A stretch of 64,000 nucleotides of DNA from assembly GCA_003707115.1 (NCBI GenBank), contig PPNB01000002.1, positions 496,001-560,000 on the forward strand. Reading direction: 5' to 3'. Origin of the DNA: Tortispora ganteri (lineage: Eukaryota). The position numbers were made by a program, and so were the translations under genes. Shown in pieces: positions 1 through 11,066 of this stretch; position 1 is the stretch's first letter; the number at the start of each line of letters is the position of its first letter. The notes under the pieces are model-generated. The model saw nothing but the letters and a program-made list of their open reading frames with translations. It was not told the DNA's origin and made no database searches.

Positions 1-3000
1 ATATCCTTTGATACTTTCAAATCTACAATATTAGTTCGCCCCGATTCCTTTTTGTTTGGAATGAGTTTAAAGGAGTTTACTATTATGGATGGAACTACAC
101 CAAATTCTCTATATTCGAAGATGGTTCGGTTGAACAAGTCTTATGAATCTGGAACGTCGTCTCACGAGGTCGAATCTCGTTTATCTTCTGTCCGTGAAAC
201 TGCCTATTTTGATGAAGAAGAGGACGAAGAAGACGTGAAAGATCCATTAGATGAGGATGACTTACTGGAAAATGAACCTTTCTTTCAATTCTCCTTAGAG
301 CAAAACCCTCTCGATGAGTTATCTGATTCTAAAATTGCTGCAAAAATCCGGAGCGTCGAACTGTTTTATAATCCCCATTTTGTTGAGGAAATTGTGCACT
401 TTTTCAAGCCCCCAAAGAAGCATATGGAGACCATTGGAGCTCTCTTACATGCTGCTTCTGCTACAGTAGAAGGCATTACTAACCAGACAAGAGCAGGTCT
501 CGAATATGCTTTACAAGAACATAAAACTGTAAGTGCAAAACTGGATATCCAAGCTCCGGTGATATATATTCCTCAGGATATCACAGACAAAAACTCTTCT
601 TGTTTAGTATTCAATATTGGCCATGTTTATGTTGGAAGCTCGTTAGCGAATAAAGAAACATTGAAAACTATTCAGGCTAAACAAAACAAGCAATATAATG
701 AACAAGATTGGAAGCTGCTGGAAGAGGCAATGTACGATCGGTTTAATTTACTGCTGAATTCTACAGAAATTCTCATTGCCCCTAGCCACGAACTTGCTAT
801 TGCTAGCCTGTCAGAATTGCAGTCTAAATACAGTTTGCTGGATAAAATATCTATTAATTTGCTTTTGGCAGTTTCAATTATGCCATCTGCTGCCAACCTC
901 ACTCGCGTTAAGATGTCCGCGAACCTTCCTGAACTGAAAGTAAGATTCTCGGATTGGAAGTATCATGCCCTAATGGAAATTATCAACGCATCAATTCCTC
1001 AGTTTGCTGATGAAAGTACTCCAAACGAATTACTCGCGGTTACAGAGGCTAACACGCCCAATGAACTTATTGATGATGATTTACAAACACCTTTTGACTT
1101 TGCTACGAATGATTCCACTGCGCTTGGTGATGCTATGCTTGCAAAACTACGTGGGGAAGACGTCTCAAGTGAAGTTGTTCCTGAAAGCAATGCCATTGTA
1201 TCGTCAGCCGACTTATACAAGCAAGGACAATTTGAATTTAGTTTCATTGTTGAGAAAGTGTCATGCATTGTTTCTCGTGAGTCTTTTGCTCCTGAAGAGA
1301 AGCACCATTTGCTTGCAAGCTTAGAACTGTCAAGGTTTGAGCTTTTATTTACGAAGAGGCAATTTGATATGAGTGCGAATGTAACACTGAGATCACTGGT
1401 TGTATTTGACCATCAGAATGGATCTGTTGATAACCGATCACACACACTTATTAGCTCATATGATACTAATGGAACCGATAACAGTGATGAAGCATTATTC
1501 ACTGTTAGTTACACTAAAATCGAAAAGGATCATCCAGAATATATATCTGGATATTCTGGTTTTGACCAAATCGTGGATTTATCACTGTCCACACTAAACT
1601 TTACGATAACAAGAAGCAGTGTTATTGAACTTTTCTCATTTCTTTTAGCTACGTTTGTTGATGGCAACAAACCGCCTGAAAATGATGAGCCTAAAAATGA
1701 GCTCACGAATACGGATGTTTCTGTCGAACCAAGTGAAGCAGAAGAAGAATCACGACTAAAACTTGAGCTGCAACTTTCGGGTATTAGCATAGTATTTGAC
1801 GACGATGGTAACAAACTTGCTACTTTGTCTCTTTCTAAGGCGGGTGTAAGTGTAACATTGGCCGGTGATGCTATGCGAGTCGAAGCAAAGCTTGGAAGGT
1901 TTTATCTTGAAGACAATTCTTTTTCGAACTTAACGAAAGAGAACCAGGATTTAAGAAAGTTGATTTTTATCGATGGTGATCAGTTAGCTGATTTTAAGTA
2001 CGAATCTAATGGGAAACTCATTGATGCTGCGGATTATGCTACTTCTTTATTATATTTCCGATGCGCATCTATAAATATCAGGTTTGCACAAGAACCTTTT
2101 AGCCAGCTTATTTCATTCCTAATACGGTTTCAGCGTATGAAAGTGTTTTATGATTCTGCTAGAGAAGCAGCCGTTGCTCAGGCTTCTCAAATTGAAACTC
2201 CCTCAAATATGAAACTTGATATTTTCATTGGTGCTCCTGTATTTTCATTTCCTCGAAAGTCTCCATATGGAACCCGTGCAGACTTTCTAGTTGCCGATCT
2301 CGGCGAAATTTCGATCCAAAACGAGTTTATATCGATGGATACTGCAGGTACATTACTGAATAAAATTGAGGCTAATTTAACACGCACAAAGATATCTTCT
2401 CAGATATGGACGAATGAGACTACGCGGCAGGATCTTGAAATTGTGAACGATTTGGATCTGGGATTAGTGGCTATCTGTGCTGATCATGATAAGATTCCTG
2501 ATAGATCAGAAATGGCTATTACGTCGAAGTTCAATGACGTGACATTCAATGTTTCTGATCTTCAATACCAATATATCATGTGGATAGCCGAAAGCCTTCC
2601 GAAGACACTATCAGGGGCCACTAAAGTGGATATAGATACTGATATAGAAGAGGGTTCGCATGTCAATGTTGAGCGGTTATCAAGAGAGAGCTCTATAACG
2701 TCTTCTTTTTCTGGAGATAGCGATTTAGTAGACCAGGCGGTATCTGCAGGAAGCGCATTAAGCGTTTTAAAAGAACCTCGGACGCAAGATACGGAGAGTT
2801 CAACACACCTTGCACCAGAGTTAATTCTTGAAAATACTGTAGATGTTTGGACTAAATTGGAATTATCTTTGGCTATGGGCAAGATAGGTTTGAATCTTTA
2901 TATTGACACCGAGAATGTTGACCAAGAGAATATAAAGGATTGCATACTTACCGAATTTTCATTGAATGATATAAGTGCTGATCTAAAGTTGACCAATACT

Positions 3001-6000
3001 GGAGACATGGAATCGGAAATCAGGGTGAGCTCATTTTCTATTATTGATCGCCGTTCAAATATCAACAGCTTATACAGAGAGATTATACCTACTTCCATTG
3101 AAAATGGATACCAATTCTCTGTGCGGATTAGTATTGCATCTGGGCTTCCAAGTACACTTTATGCGATATTAACTGTTGATAGCCCTCGAATTGTGTTTAA
3201 TTTGAGTTACCTCTTTGAACTGAAGCGATTTTTAAATGTTCCCGTATCTGTTACATCAGATAACCTTAGAGAGGATATTCAAGAAGTAACAGATGATTTA
3301 GAAGAGGAAGAAGATTCAAACCAACAGCCCGGAATGTCAATAAATTACCGTGTCAATGTCGTTAATGGATCTTTAATGTTCATTGAAAATCCAGAAATTG
3401 CAAACTCTTTGGCAATTGTACTGAGGTCACGTCAAATTATGATCTCACAACAGTCTTCTATGACTATGCTTATAAAGGACGTTGGAATGTTCCTAACATA
3501 CGCAGATGCGGTTGAAATCAAGCATGCGCGAATACTTGATGATATGTCCATTACATTTTCAATGAGCTCACAAACGACTTCGGAGACATTCAGCGTGACA
3601 AACATAGAGGTTGATATTGACAAAATTATTCTTCGTCTATCTTTGCGTGATATTCTTTTAGCATCTATGATTTTTAACAAGGCCATGGAATTTAGTCAGA
3701 AACAGACATCTCTGCTTCCTACATCCGAAGAAGTAGCTGAATTAGGGAAAACACAGCATATTAGGCACAAGGAAAGTTCCAATACAGCTATGCCGAGGAA
3801 GAAATCCAAAACGAACACTGGACCCAAAAATATAGAAGAACTGATTTCCAGAGAGGAGCTAGTTGTGAAATTCGCTGGACTGCGATTGATTCTTGTTACA
3901 TCTCCGCAGGAATTGCCAATGCTTGATCTATCTGTCGACCCGTTTAGTTTCACATTGCGGAACTGGAGCTCAGAACTTGAAGGAACACTCATTGTTGATA
4001 TGAAGTGTAATGTATACAATTTTTCGAAATCTGTATGGGAGCCGCTAATAGAGCCGTGGAACTTTGGCGTTCATTTTAATCGCTCTGGGTCTATTTCCAA
4101 TGAAATGGTTGTTGAGTTTAGGGCGCGAAAATCTCTGGAAATGAATATCACGACGAATACGATAGCCTTAACATCTCATGCAATACAAACGCTTTCTTCT
4201 CCGAAGGATATTGGTTCGAGAACAGTTGAAGACCCTTACTGGATTGTAAATGAGACCGGCCATAAGCTGATAATTACAGCCGACAGGATGGGCTATGGTA
4301 GCGAAGAAAAAGTACCAGTTGCTATAGTGGATAATCTAGAGGAGATTCCTTGGCATTTTAGGGACTGGCAGACCATGCGTGAGGATGTTGATATTGAAAA
4401 AGAAAATTCATTTGTTTCTATAAATTTTGATGATAACAAGTACATGGACGTTGAAAAAGTTAAGATCACAAGTGAAGGAATGGAATTGCATCCACTATAT
4501 CCGGATGATAATGGGTTTGTTCATAAACTCGTTTGTCAAGTGACTTTGGAAGATATTAGTGGAATTAAGAACATAAAGTTACGATCCACTTACAATTTTG
4601 CAAATACCACCGATATTGACCTTGAGATAATGGTAGAATGGAATGGAAATGTTAAAACATATTCAATAAAGCCCGGCACGGAACGTTCTATTCCTATTGA
4701 TTATGTGCAATCTGAGAACATAAGGATACGACCACTGACTCATAGTTTACGTCCCGGGTACGGCTGGTCCCGAAATACCTTGCACTGGAAATCCATGGTC
4801 ACTGATTCTACTAAAGTGCTTGAATGCGTTGAGGAAAAGAACATGGAACCTTTCTTTTTGCAAGCGCATGCTATTCCGGCTAAAGCTGATTTGAAAGCTA
4901 TGTTGAGGTACCCCTATCTTACTGTCCATTTTTCTGCCCCTCTACAAGTCCAGAATCTATTGCCGTTTGATATTCGATACCGGGTGTTTGATCGAGATTC
5001 GCGACAGACATGGGAAGGAGAGTTAAAGAAAGGTGAGAAGCAAAACATCCATTACGTCTTGCTGACGCACCTTCTTCTGTTGAGCATAGAAATTCATAGC
5101 CAAGGTTATTCAAAATCTAATTTTGCCATTCTTGTTAACAACACTCAAGGTGTGCAGGCCACGAGGGAGTATGATCTGAACTGTTCTAATGAGGAGTCTC
5201 ATAAGTTGCGACTGAAGCTGCACTACCACACACTTCCAGATTCTGGTGGAGCATTTTGTGTTTCAGTCTATGCCCCTTATATCATTTTGAACAAGACTGG
5301 ACAAGATATTCTGCTCAGAACTAAGTCTAACATTATGACCTCTAAATGTTCTCAGGAAATAACTGAAGTTGGAGATAAGCCGCGAATGGTTGCGGTTCCA
5401 AAATTGTTTTCGTTTACTGCTGATAGCGCAAGAAACAGAGCGGTTATTGAATCTGGAGAGATATATAAGAGTGCTCCTGTAAGTTTTGATGCTATTGGAA
5501 GCGTTAAAGAGGTCAAACTTCCCTCTGAAATCAAGCAATCAAGTATGTATTTAGGAATTGCCGTGGAAGAAGGCAAGGGAGATATCAGACTCTCTAAAGT
5601 GGTAACGTTAACGCCCAGATTTGTGCTGACTAACCGTGTCAATACTGATATTCGCGTGCGTGAATCTGGAAGTACATTATACCGGACTATCGAAAGTTCT
5701 AAGACTCTTCCATTTTTGTATTTCCGTGAAGGTTCTGATATGCAGGTTTCATTCAGCTTCAGCGGATCGAAAGCCCAATGGTCTGTTCCTGTTCGTATAT
5801 GTGACATTGGCCATATGCATGTGCGGTTAGTGAACAACGACAAGCATCACGATTTGCTGCGACTGGACATTTACATTGAAGGAGCCACAATATATGTTCA
5901 ACTTAGCCGAGAGAGTAAAGTTTGGCCGTACTCCATCAGAAATTACACCAACATAGACTTTATCTTCAGTCAAAGCGATCCGCAAGTTTTCTTGGACATC

Positions 6001-8088
6001 GATAAGGAGGCTGTACTTACTTCTACTAAGAGCAATTTCAAGCCTATCAAATACAAAATTCCACCTAAAAGCGTGATGCCATATGCTTGGGATTATCCTT
6101 CGGCGGCAAGTAAAGAGCTAGTGATCGAAGCGCGAGGAGTTGAGAGGCATGTTAACCTTGCAGAAATAGGTACGCTGCCTCCTCTTGTGATTCCATCTGG
6201 TGATTCGTTCGATGAAAACTACATCGTTCAATTCGATGTAGTCGCGGAAGGGCCTTCTGAAAGTTTAATGATCACTGAATACGACCCGGAAACTAGTCCT
6301 TACAAATTAAAGAACGGAAAGAGCCTTAGACGAGATTCTCGAACTACTCAGAAGTCATCAGAGAAAGATTTTGAAATAGAGACCGACAAATCCCCCATAA
6401 GCCTGCAGGTCACCTTAAAACTTCAAGGTCTTGGGATTTCATTAGTTAATAAGCACCACGAGGAACTATGCTATGTGAACATACGGGGTCTGGAAATGGT
6501 GTACACGGAGTCTGAAGAGTACCAAAGTATAAGCACCAAGATGAAATGGATTCAGATAGATAATGACCTATATGGTGGAATGTACCCGATTATTCTCTAT
6601 CCTACACGATTGCCTACCTCTGGTCTTGAGATTGAAAACCACCCCGTACTTTCTGCTTCTGTTTGTCGCATGAAAGACGATTCACATGGTGTCCTGGCGA
6701 TTAAGTATGCGACAATCCTTCTTCAGGAACTAACCTTTGAAGTTGACGAAGATTTTCTTTATGCGGTAATAGATTTCATTGATATACCTGGCGCAGCTTG
6801 GAACATTCAACAAAATTCTGTGCCTCTAGCCGACGGTCTCCTGGTTGTTGAACCCCCCGAGACTGGAGCCCCTGATACGGAAATTTACTTCGAAGTTTTA
6901 CACATTCAACCTATATTGATTAATTTATCATTCATGAGAACTGATAGATTCTCTGATGATGAAACTATTCCAACAGACACTGTTTTCGGGTACGTGCTTA
7001 ATGTTTTAACAATGGCCCTGGGGAACATCAATGACGCTCCAATTAAACTGAATGCTCTCTACTTAGAGAATCTGAAAGAATCATATGATTTACTTGGAGC
7101 TACTATGATCAGATACTATAGCCAAGAAGTGCTATATCAAATGCATAAGATTTTAGGGTCTGCAGACTTTATTGGCAATCCCGTTGGACTTTTCAATAAT
7201 ATTAGTTCAGGATTTATGGATATATTCTATGAACCATATATGGGATTTGTCATGAACGATAGGCCTCAGGATCTAGGTATTGGATTGGCTAAAGGCGGAG
7301 CTAGCTTTTTTAAGAAATCTGTATTTGGAATCAGTGACAGTGTGAGCAAAGTCACTGCCAGTTTAAGTAAAGGCCTTGCTGCGGCTTCTATGGACGAGGA
7401 TTACCAACGAAGACGCAGACAGCTTTTACGAAATCGGACGCAAAGAGGTCATTCTGGAGTTGCAAACGGTGCAAGTTCTCTTCTGAATGGAATTACGAGT
7501 GCTATTACCGGTGTAGCACTAACTCCTATGCAAGAAGCAAGCAAAGATGGAGCTTCAGGATTTGTTAGAGGTTTAGGTAAAGGACTGCTAGGTATTCCTG
7601 TTAAAACTGTTGCTGGAGTGTTTGATTTTGCCGGAAATATCAGTCAGGAGATTCGAGAGTCTACTTCTGTGCTGGACGATAAGCCCCTTGACAGAGTAAG
7701 ATTGCCTAGGTTTATTGGTAGGGAAGGAATATTGAGATCTTATTCTGAGAGAGAGGCGCTGGGTCAATGTTGGCTCAAACTGGCCAATGAAGGAGAATTT
7801 TTCAATCATGATTACATTGGGCACGTGACTATTCATGGTGGAAAAGCTGTGATTGTATCTTACGAGGAGATTATTATGATATCGATCAGCAAACTGCAAG
7901 CAGAATGGATTGTTCGCATCAAAAACCTTCGAAAAGTTGTTCAAGAGAGAACAGGGATTGAACTTATTGTGGAGCGTGAAGCCGAGGGGCCGTTTATACC
8001 ACTAGGAGATGCATCGAGTCGAGAGTATTTGTATGAAAAGATAAGCGAAGCGGTGAAAGAGTATAACCGGCTAGCTAGCGTTGATTAA
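1..8088 (+). CDS. VPS13: Vacuolar protein sorting 13, bridge-like lipid transfer protein (5' truncated by window edge)
   Basis: Frame is open from base 1, >2690 codons. Vps13 motifs include WEPLIEPW, PYAWDYP, KWIQIDN, HKILGSADFIGNPVGLF and C-terminal Gly-rich helices followed by a PH-like end. Confidence 0.97.
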   Translation: MSFDTFKSTILVRPDSFLFGMSLKEFTIMDGTTPNSLYSKMVRLNKSYESGTSSHEVESRLSSVRETAYFDEEEDEEDVKDPLDEDDLLENEPFFQFSLEQNPLDELSDSKIAAKIRSVELFYNPHFVEEIVHFFKPPKKHMETIGALLHAASATVEGITNQTRAGLEYALQEHKTVSAKLDIQAPVIYIPQDITDKNSSCLVFNIGHVYVGSSLANKETLKTIQAKQNKQYNEQDWKLLEEAMYDRFNLLLNSTEILIAPSHELAIASLSELQSKYSLLDKISINLLLAVSIMPSAANLTRVKMSANLPELKVRFSDWKYHALMEIINASIPQFADESTPNELLAVTEANTPNELIDDDLQTPFDFATNDSTALGDAMLAKLRGEDVSSEVVPESNAIVSSADLYKQGQFEFSFIVEKVSCIVSRESFAPEEKHHLLASLELSRFELLFTKRQFDMSANVTLRSLVVFDHQNGSVDNRSHTLISSYDTNGTDNSDEALFTVSYTKIEKDHPEYISGYSGFDQIVDLSLSTLNFTITRSSVIELFSFLLATFVDGNKPPENDEPKNELTNTDVSVEPSEAEEESRLKLELQLSGISIVFDDDGNKLATLSLSKAGVSVTLAGDAMRVEAKLGRFYLEDNSFSNLTKENQDLRKLIFIDGDQLADFKYESNGKLIDAADYATSLLYFRCASINIRFAQEPFSQLISFLIRFQRMKVFYDSAREAAVAQASQIETPSNMKLDIFIGAPVFSFPRKSPYGTRADFLVADLGEISIQNEFISMDTAGTLLNKIEANLTRTKISSQIWTNETTRQDLEIVNDLDLGLVAICADHDKIPDRSEMAITSKFNDVTFNVSDLQYQYIMWIAESLPKTLSGATKVDIDTDIEEGSHVNVERLSRESSITSSFSGDSDLVDQAVSAGSALSVLKEPRTQDTESSTHLAPELILENTVDVWTKLELSLAMGKIGLNLYIDTENVDQENIKDCILTEFSLNDISADLKLTNTGDMESEIRVSSFSIIDRRSNINSLYREIIPTSIENGYQFSVRISIASGLPSTLYAILTVDSPRIVFNLSYLFELKRFLNVPVSVTSDNLREDIQEVTDDLEEEEDSNQQPGMSINYRVNVVNGSLMFIENPEIANSLAIVLRSRQIMISQQSSMTMLIKDVGMFLTYADAVEIKHARILDDMSITFSMSSQTTSETFSVTNIEVDIDKIILRLSLRDILLASMIFNKAMEFSQKQTSLLPTSEEVAELGKTQHIRHKESSNTAMPRKKSKTNTGPKNIEELISREELVVKFAGLRLILVTSPQELPMLDLSVDPFSFTLRNWSSELEGTLIVDMKCNVYNFSKSVWEPLIEPWNFGVHFNRSGSISNEMVVEFRARKSLEMNITTNTIALTSHAIQTLSSPKDIGSRTVEDPYWIVNETGHKLIITADRMGYGSEEKVPVAIVDNLEEIPWHFRDWQTMREDVDIEKENSFVSINFDDNKYMDVEKVKITSEGMELHPLYPDDNGFVHKLVCQVTLEDISGIKNIKLRSTYNFANTTDIDLEIMVEWNGNVKTYSIKPGTERSIPIDYVQSENIRIRPLTHSLRPGYGWSRNTLHWKSMVTDSTKVLECVEEKNMEPFFLQAHAIPAKADLKAMLRYPYLTVHFSAPLQVQNLLPFDIRYRVFDRDSRQTWEGELKKGEKQNIHYVLLTHLLLLSIEIHSQGYSKSNFAILVNNTQGVQATREYDLNCSNEESHKLRLKLHYHTLPDSGGAFCVSVYAPYIILNKTGQDILLRTKSNIMTSKCSQEITEVGDKPRMVAVPKLFSFTADSARNRAVIESGEIYKSAPVSFDAIGSVKEVKLPSEIKQSSMYLGIAVEEGKGDIRLSKVVTLTPRFVLTNRVNTDIRVRESGSTLYRTIESSKTLPFLYFREGSDMQVSFSFSGSKAQWSVPVRICDIGHMHVRLVNNDKHHDLLRLDIYIEGATIYVQLSRESKVWPYSIRNYTNIDFIFSQSDPQVFLDIDKEAVLTSTKSNFKPIKYKIPPKSVMPYAWDYPSAASKELVIEARGVERHVNLAEIGTLPPLVIPSGDSFDENYIVQFDVVAEGPSESLMITEYDPETSPYKLKNGKSLRRDSRTTQKSSEKDFEIETDKSPISLQVTLKLQGLGISLVNKHHEELCYVNIRGLEMVYTESEEYQSISTKMKWIQIDNDLYGGMYPIILYPTRLPTSGLEIENHPVLSASVCRMKDDSHGVLAIKYATILLQELTFEVDEDFLYAVIDFIDIPGAAWNIQQNSVPLADGLLVVEPPETGAPDTEIYFEVLHIQPILINLSFMRTDRFSDDETIPTDTVFGYVLNVLTMALGNINDAPIKLNALYLENLKESYDLLGATMIRYYSQEVLYQMHKILGSADFIGNPVGLFNNISSGFMDIFYEPYMGFVMNDRPQDLGIGLAKGGASFFKKSVFGISDSVSKVTASLSKGLAAASMDEDYQRRRRQLLRNRTQRGHSGVANGASSLLNGITSAITGVALTPMQEASKDGASGFVRGLGKGLLGIPVKTVAGVFDFAGNISQEIRESTSVLDDKPLDRVRLPRFIGREGILRSYSEREALGQCWLKLANEGEFFNHDYIGHVTIHGGKAVIVSYEEIIMISISKLQAEWIVRIKNLRKVVQERTGIELIVEREAEGPFIPLGDASSREYLYEKISEAVKEYNRLASVD

Positions 8089-8169
8089 AGAATATGAAAG
8101 ATATATTGTGATTCCAGTTTTCTTATAAGATTACGACTACTGGTATAACAGGATCATCATATAGCTTCA

Positions 8170-9309
8170 CTATAGCTCATCATGTGCTTTTGAGTCAGTA
8201 TTTAAAGGATTTAAAGGCTTTTTAACAAAACTCGAGATCATTTCAAATGCCAATTCAGCAGCTGCTAAAGCAGTAGACTCAGAATTGTCATCGTAAGCTG
8301 GCGATACTTCGACTACGTCAAATCCGACAAAATTCAAATCTTCAAGGCCTCTAAAGATACTTCTGAGTTCTCTAGTAGTCCAGCCGCCTATTTCAGGTGT
8401 TCCAGTACCGGGAGCCATACCAGGATCGATTGTGTCGATATCGAGGCTCAGGAACACAGGACCGTCACCTACGACTGATTTGATCTTATTGATTATGCCA
8501 GTAACGCCTATGAAATCGATTTCATGTGCTTCAATGTATGTCCAACCTTGATTTTTATCGTCTAAGTAGTCAGAATAGTCTATTCCACTTAAACGTGTGC
8601 GAAGTCCGGCGTGAATACATGACCCATTCGCAAGTAGTCCTTCGCGGGCGGCCATCCAGAGCATAGTTCCGTGCGTGAACTCAGCAGAATTCTCATCGTC
8701 GTAACCCCATCCTGGATATTTATCGCCAGCCCAGGTATCAAGATGTGCATCAAAATGGATCATGTGAATTGGGCCATATATATCTTTAAGAGCCCTCAAT
8801 GCAGGAAGAGAAATACTATGATCTCCGCCTAACGTGACAAGTTGTGGATGTGGTTTTTTATCTAAAGATAAATTAGAGGCAATATTACTAGAAGCTGTAG
8901 GATGTTCTAATAGCTCTCTCATGCCTACCTCCATGTGGTTCAAAGCCACTTTAGGATTGAAAGGACTTGCAGGAATATCGCCGCAGTCGATGATCCGAGC
9001 CCAGTTGGCGTATGGGTTCAAGCCAGCACGGGCATTAAAAGAACGAAATCTGGTTTGTCTAGAACTGGCTGCACGAATCGCACGAGGTCCAAATCGTGCA
9101 CCAGGTCGATAAGAAACAACTGTATCAAATGGCACACCGACAACTGCGATGTCGAATGGTTCTTCAGGGTGCGTTAGGCATTTGACATGATCTAAATGTG
9201 CAAAAGATGTGATACCAGAGAAAGTAAGATCATAATCCCATTTTGCAGCCTGATCATCTAGTGATGCAGAAACATATGTGCCGAGAACCAATAATACAGA
9301 CACCTTCAT
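8170..9309 (-). CDS. Ureohydrolase (agmatinase/guanidinobutyrase family) with signal peptide and C-terminal HDEL
   Basis: Motifs RPGARFGP, GGDHSIS, DAHLD, SLDIDTIDP, GTGTPE and DVVEVSP; hydrophobic N-terminus; ends ...KAHDEL. Confidence 0.93.
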   Translation of the reverse strand: MKVSVLLVLGTYVSASLDDQAAKWDYDLTFSGITSFAHLDHVKCLTHPEEPFDIAVVGVPFDTVVSYRPGARFGPRAIRAASSRQTRFRSFNARAGLNPYANWARIIDCGDIPASPFNPKVALNHMEVGMRELLEHPTASSNIASNLSLDKKPHPQLVTLGGDHSISLPALRALKDIYGPIHMIHFDAHLDTWAGDKYPGWGYDDENSAEFTHGTMLWMAAREGLLANGSCIHAGLRTRLSGIDYSDYLDDKNQGWTYIEAHEIDFIGVTGIINKIKSVVGDGPVFLSLDIDTIDPGMAPGTGTPEIGGWTTRELRSIFRGLEDLNFVGFDVVEVSPAYDDNSESTALAAAELAFEMISSFVKKPLNPLNTDSKAHDEL

Positions 9310-9734
9310 GCTTATTTATTGATAATAATCAAGAAAATTATCGCCTATATATATACAGGTCGCAAGCGGCACTTAAGCGATAAGGTTTAGATACAGCCAA
9401 TACAACGGCGTGAATTGAAATAAGGTTTAGAGTACATATTGGCGTATTGACGGGTTACAACCGAATGGTGGTTATTGTAAAAATATATGTATAATTATCC
9501 GTAACTGTGAACATGATTTCACATATTAAAGTAGAAGTTAAAAGATCACAGCGACGATAGAGGATAGCGGTATGTTGTCACATAGCCGACAAGTAAACCT
9601 TAATACCAATGAGATACGCTCGGAAAACTTAGATAGAAGCCGATATGCTAAACGAACGCTAGCGGATCATTTATAAACGGAGACTGAAGAATTGGCGACT
9701 AGGGTGAGAAATAAAAAAGAGATCAAACAGCAAA

Positions 9735-10847
9735 CTAAGAACCGACCTTCCAATTGAGGTAGAACTCTTCGCGCGTAATGCACATCCAAGCAGACCGTTT
9801 GTGCGGCAAGTTGAATTCGCGATCCTTGTGGAAACCAGCTCCAGTGAGGTATCCGATGAGTTTTGCATTATCGTAGCGAGGTTCTAGCATAGCCTTGTCT
9901 GTGCGAACGTCGTCCAGAAATATAAAATGCTGAATAGATTGCAGCCACGCAGCAACCATATGAGGGCCGCGGAACTTCTCATCGCCCACGAGCAAGTGGA
10001 TACCTCTATCGAACGGGTTTACCGGCACTTGTCGTGAGAGAATGTCTTCTGCAGGCCAGTAAACTTCGGTGTACATAAACGGCTCGCCATCAAACTGACC
10101 TATCAAAGGATAAGTATGTTTGTCAGACAATATTTGGGCAAAATACTGAGCCTGTTTGTCTTCGTTATCACCTAATCCCCAGAACTTCGACACTCTAGGA
10201 TTGTTCATCCAGGAGGCCCACATATCGAAGTCATCTTGTTTAGCCATACGCAAGCTGAAAGTCTTTTTTAAATTAGGGATATATCTTTTGTAAACACAGC
10301 TACCTTGGGCTGGGTTGGGCAAACGCAAAGGATGATGAAATTCACCGGTATCCACGTAAACAATAGACGACCATTGTCTGTAGTTAGGGCGATAGTTCGT
10401 AAACATACGCGGCATTGATTGCAGGTATGCAGATCGAGAAAAAAAATACCGATCACCGTTCTGGACAAAGATACCTGCACCAAGGATTGCCGCTAGAGTC
10501 AGGTCTACGTTATCCGCAGCTGTAAACTTGACGGGTATCAAGGCATCGCTGAATGGTAGTCCATTCGCAGGAGCGGACAATGCCTCTAAGGGAAAAATAG
10601 TAGACCCCATAGATAATAAAAACCCTATTGCGCGCCATATACGAATGAGTCTGTCGCCATCAGCGATCAAATCCTCAATAGTAATGCCGCTGGTAATGTC
10701 AGCGGGAATTCGAATTGAGATGTCAAGAAGCGGCAATTTCCACTCTCCTGGTGAAATTGATTGAGCCAAAATCTCATATCCTGTCATATCTTTAATCGAA
10801 AGCTCATCAGCTGCTTCCGGAGAAGCCATTATACTGAACAAGTCCAT
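9735..10847 (-). CDS. sidL: N5-hydroxyornithine acyltransferase, SidL/SidF/IucB (AlcB-GNAT) family; no PTS1, so SidL-like
   Basis: Motifs HHPLRLP, WMNNPRVSKFW, EVYWPAED, DRGIHLLVG, EPRYDN and PHKRSAW are typical of fungal siderophore transacylases. Confidence 0.8.
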   Translation of the reverse strand: MDLFSIMASPEAADELSIKDMTGYEILAQSISPGEWKLPLLDISIRIPADITSGITIEDLIADGDRLIRIWRAIGFLLSMGSTIFPLEALSAPANGLPFSDALIPVKFTAADNVDLTLAAILGAGIFVQNGDRYFFSRSAYLQSMPRMFTNYRPNYRQWSSIVYVDTGEFHHPLRLPNPAQGSCVYKRYIPNLKKTFSLRMAKQDDFDMWASWMNNPRVSKFWGLGDNEDKQAQYFAQILSDKHTYPLIGQFDGEPFMYTEVYWPAEDILSRQVPVNPFDRGIHLLVGDEKFRGPHMVAAWLQSIQHFIFLDDVRTDKAMLEPRYDNAKLIGYLTGAGFHKDREFNLPHKRSAWMCITREEFYLNWKVGS

Positions 10848-11066
10848 TTGTAGTTTGTGTCAGAAAGTCAAGTGGATGAGACTGTAAAAACCTTAAATCG
10901 GGTATAATAAAAAGGGTGTACAGACGTGACCTACATATTGGCATAACAACCAAGCCCTAAATGTATAATCACTAGTCACGCGTCATTTGGGACATACCAC
11001 ACCAGCAGCAGTAAGACTCATCCTTTATACGATTAACGTAATTGTTACATATCAAATCAAATTATA

